Assembly (NCBI GenBank): GCA_040954595.2
Contig: CM082597.2
Coordinates: 9,827,778-9,891,777 of the forward strand
Source of the DNA: Balanoglossus misakiensis
Taxonomy: Eukaryota; Animalia; Hemichordata
Reading direction: 5' to 3'
Length of the DNA stretch: 64,000 nucleotides
Part shown: piece after piece, positions 63,335 through 64,000 of the stretch
Numbering within the stretch: the stretch's first letter is position 1
Layout of the letters: the number at the start of each line of letters is the position of its first letter
Notes under the pieces: model-generated
The model's database searches: none
Told to the model about the DNA's origin: nothing
Seen by the model: only the letters and a program-made list of their open reading frames with translations
Made by a program: the position numbers and the translations under genes

Positions 63335-64000
63335 TTAAAGCTGCCCTTGGGCCCCTAAAAATTTAAAATGTGGTGGGTGGACAACAAATATCCAGACTCA
63401 TGTTTTTTTTTGCTATTCTCCAAATCTGATCTGGCATTTTGGTCTTCATTTTTTGAAATTTTACTACATTTGCTACTTGCATGTCAGAGGACTTTAGCCA
63501 TGGCCAGCCAGTCGTTACAAGTTGTTTTGGCACATACATGTAAGCTTTTCGGCCCCAGTCGTTTCAACCCTCAATTTTCACAACCCCAGTAAGTTGCTTT
63601 GGCACTTTATCAGCACAGCCCCCAATCTGATTAAAATCAGATGTAGGGAACGGCGACGTGTTTTTTTTATGCTGTCGCCTCACACTACATCTGACCAACT
63701 CTCAATGGAGGTCCCGCTGAACTCTCGCGTCCCGACCCGGCCAATCAGATTGCGTGTTATGCCGACTAAAGAATTGCACTGGGAGATGGGAGAAATGTTG
63801 TTGTTGACTTCGAGTATCGCACAGAATACGAAAGATTGGCTTTCTCTTGTGAACAATTACATGTAGTCCCATGGTATCTTTCTTTTTTTTGTCGTCATCG
63901 TATGCGAGTGGTTTTCGCAGAGCAGTGGAAACGTCGAGCTGTAGCCATATACAAATGATGAACTGTCATTGATCATTTATAAACTCTCCTATTACAAGTC

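Overview
This window is eukaryotic (animal, AT-rich, intron- and repeat-rich; the repeat repertoire suggests a marine invertebrate, but the species cannot be read from the sequence). Bases 2168-38688 (+) hold the last 17 coding exons of POLE, the DNA polymerase epsilon catalytic subunit. They encode the inactive C-terminal polymerase/DUF1744 region and the CysA/CysB metal-binding motifs. All introns are GT-AG and the exons join in one frame (2341 nt including the stop). Convergent with POLE is an intact 380-aa ORF that I do not recognise (43041-44183, -), with a plausible spliced 5' UTR and a poly(A) signal. The rest is a dense, nested transposon landscape: L2/CR1/Penelope-like retroelements, TTAA-flanked Kolobok-type elements, Helentron-type HINEs, hairpin-ended Crypton/Eulor-like repeats, and PIF/Harbinger, hAT, MULE, Tc1/mariner and Academ elements. 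A Gypsy element with near-identical LTRs (51137-60588) has had its interior replaced by about 7.7 kb of other DNA, including a decayed Academ transposase/XPG gene. A probable promoter and first exon of a further gene lies near 61700-61803. Family assignments come from recognised motifs and terminal structure; no database search was run.
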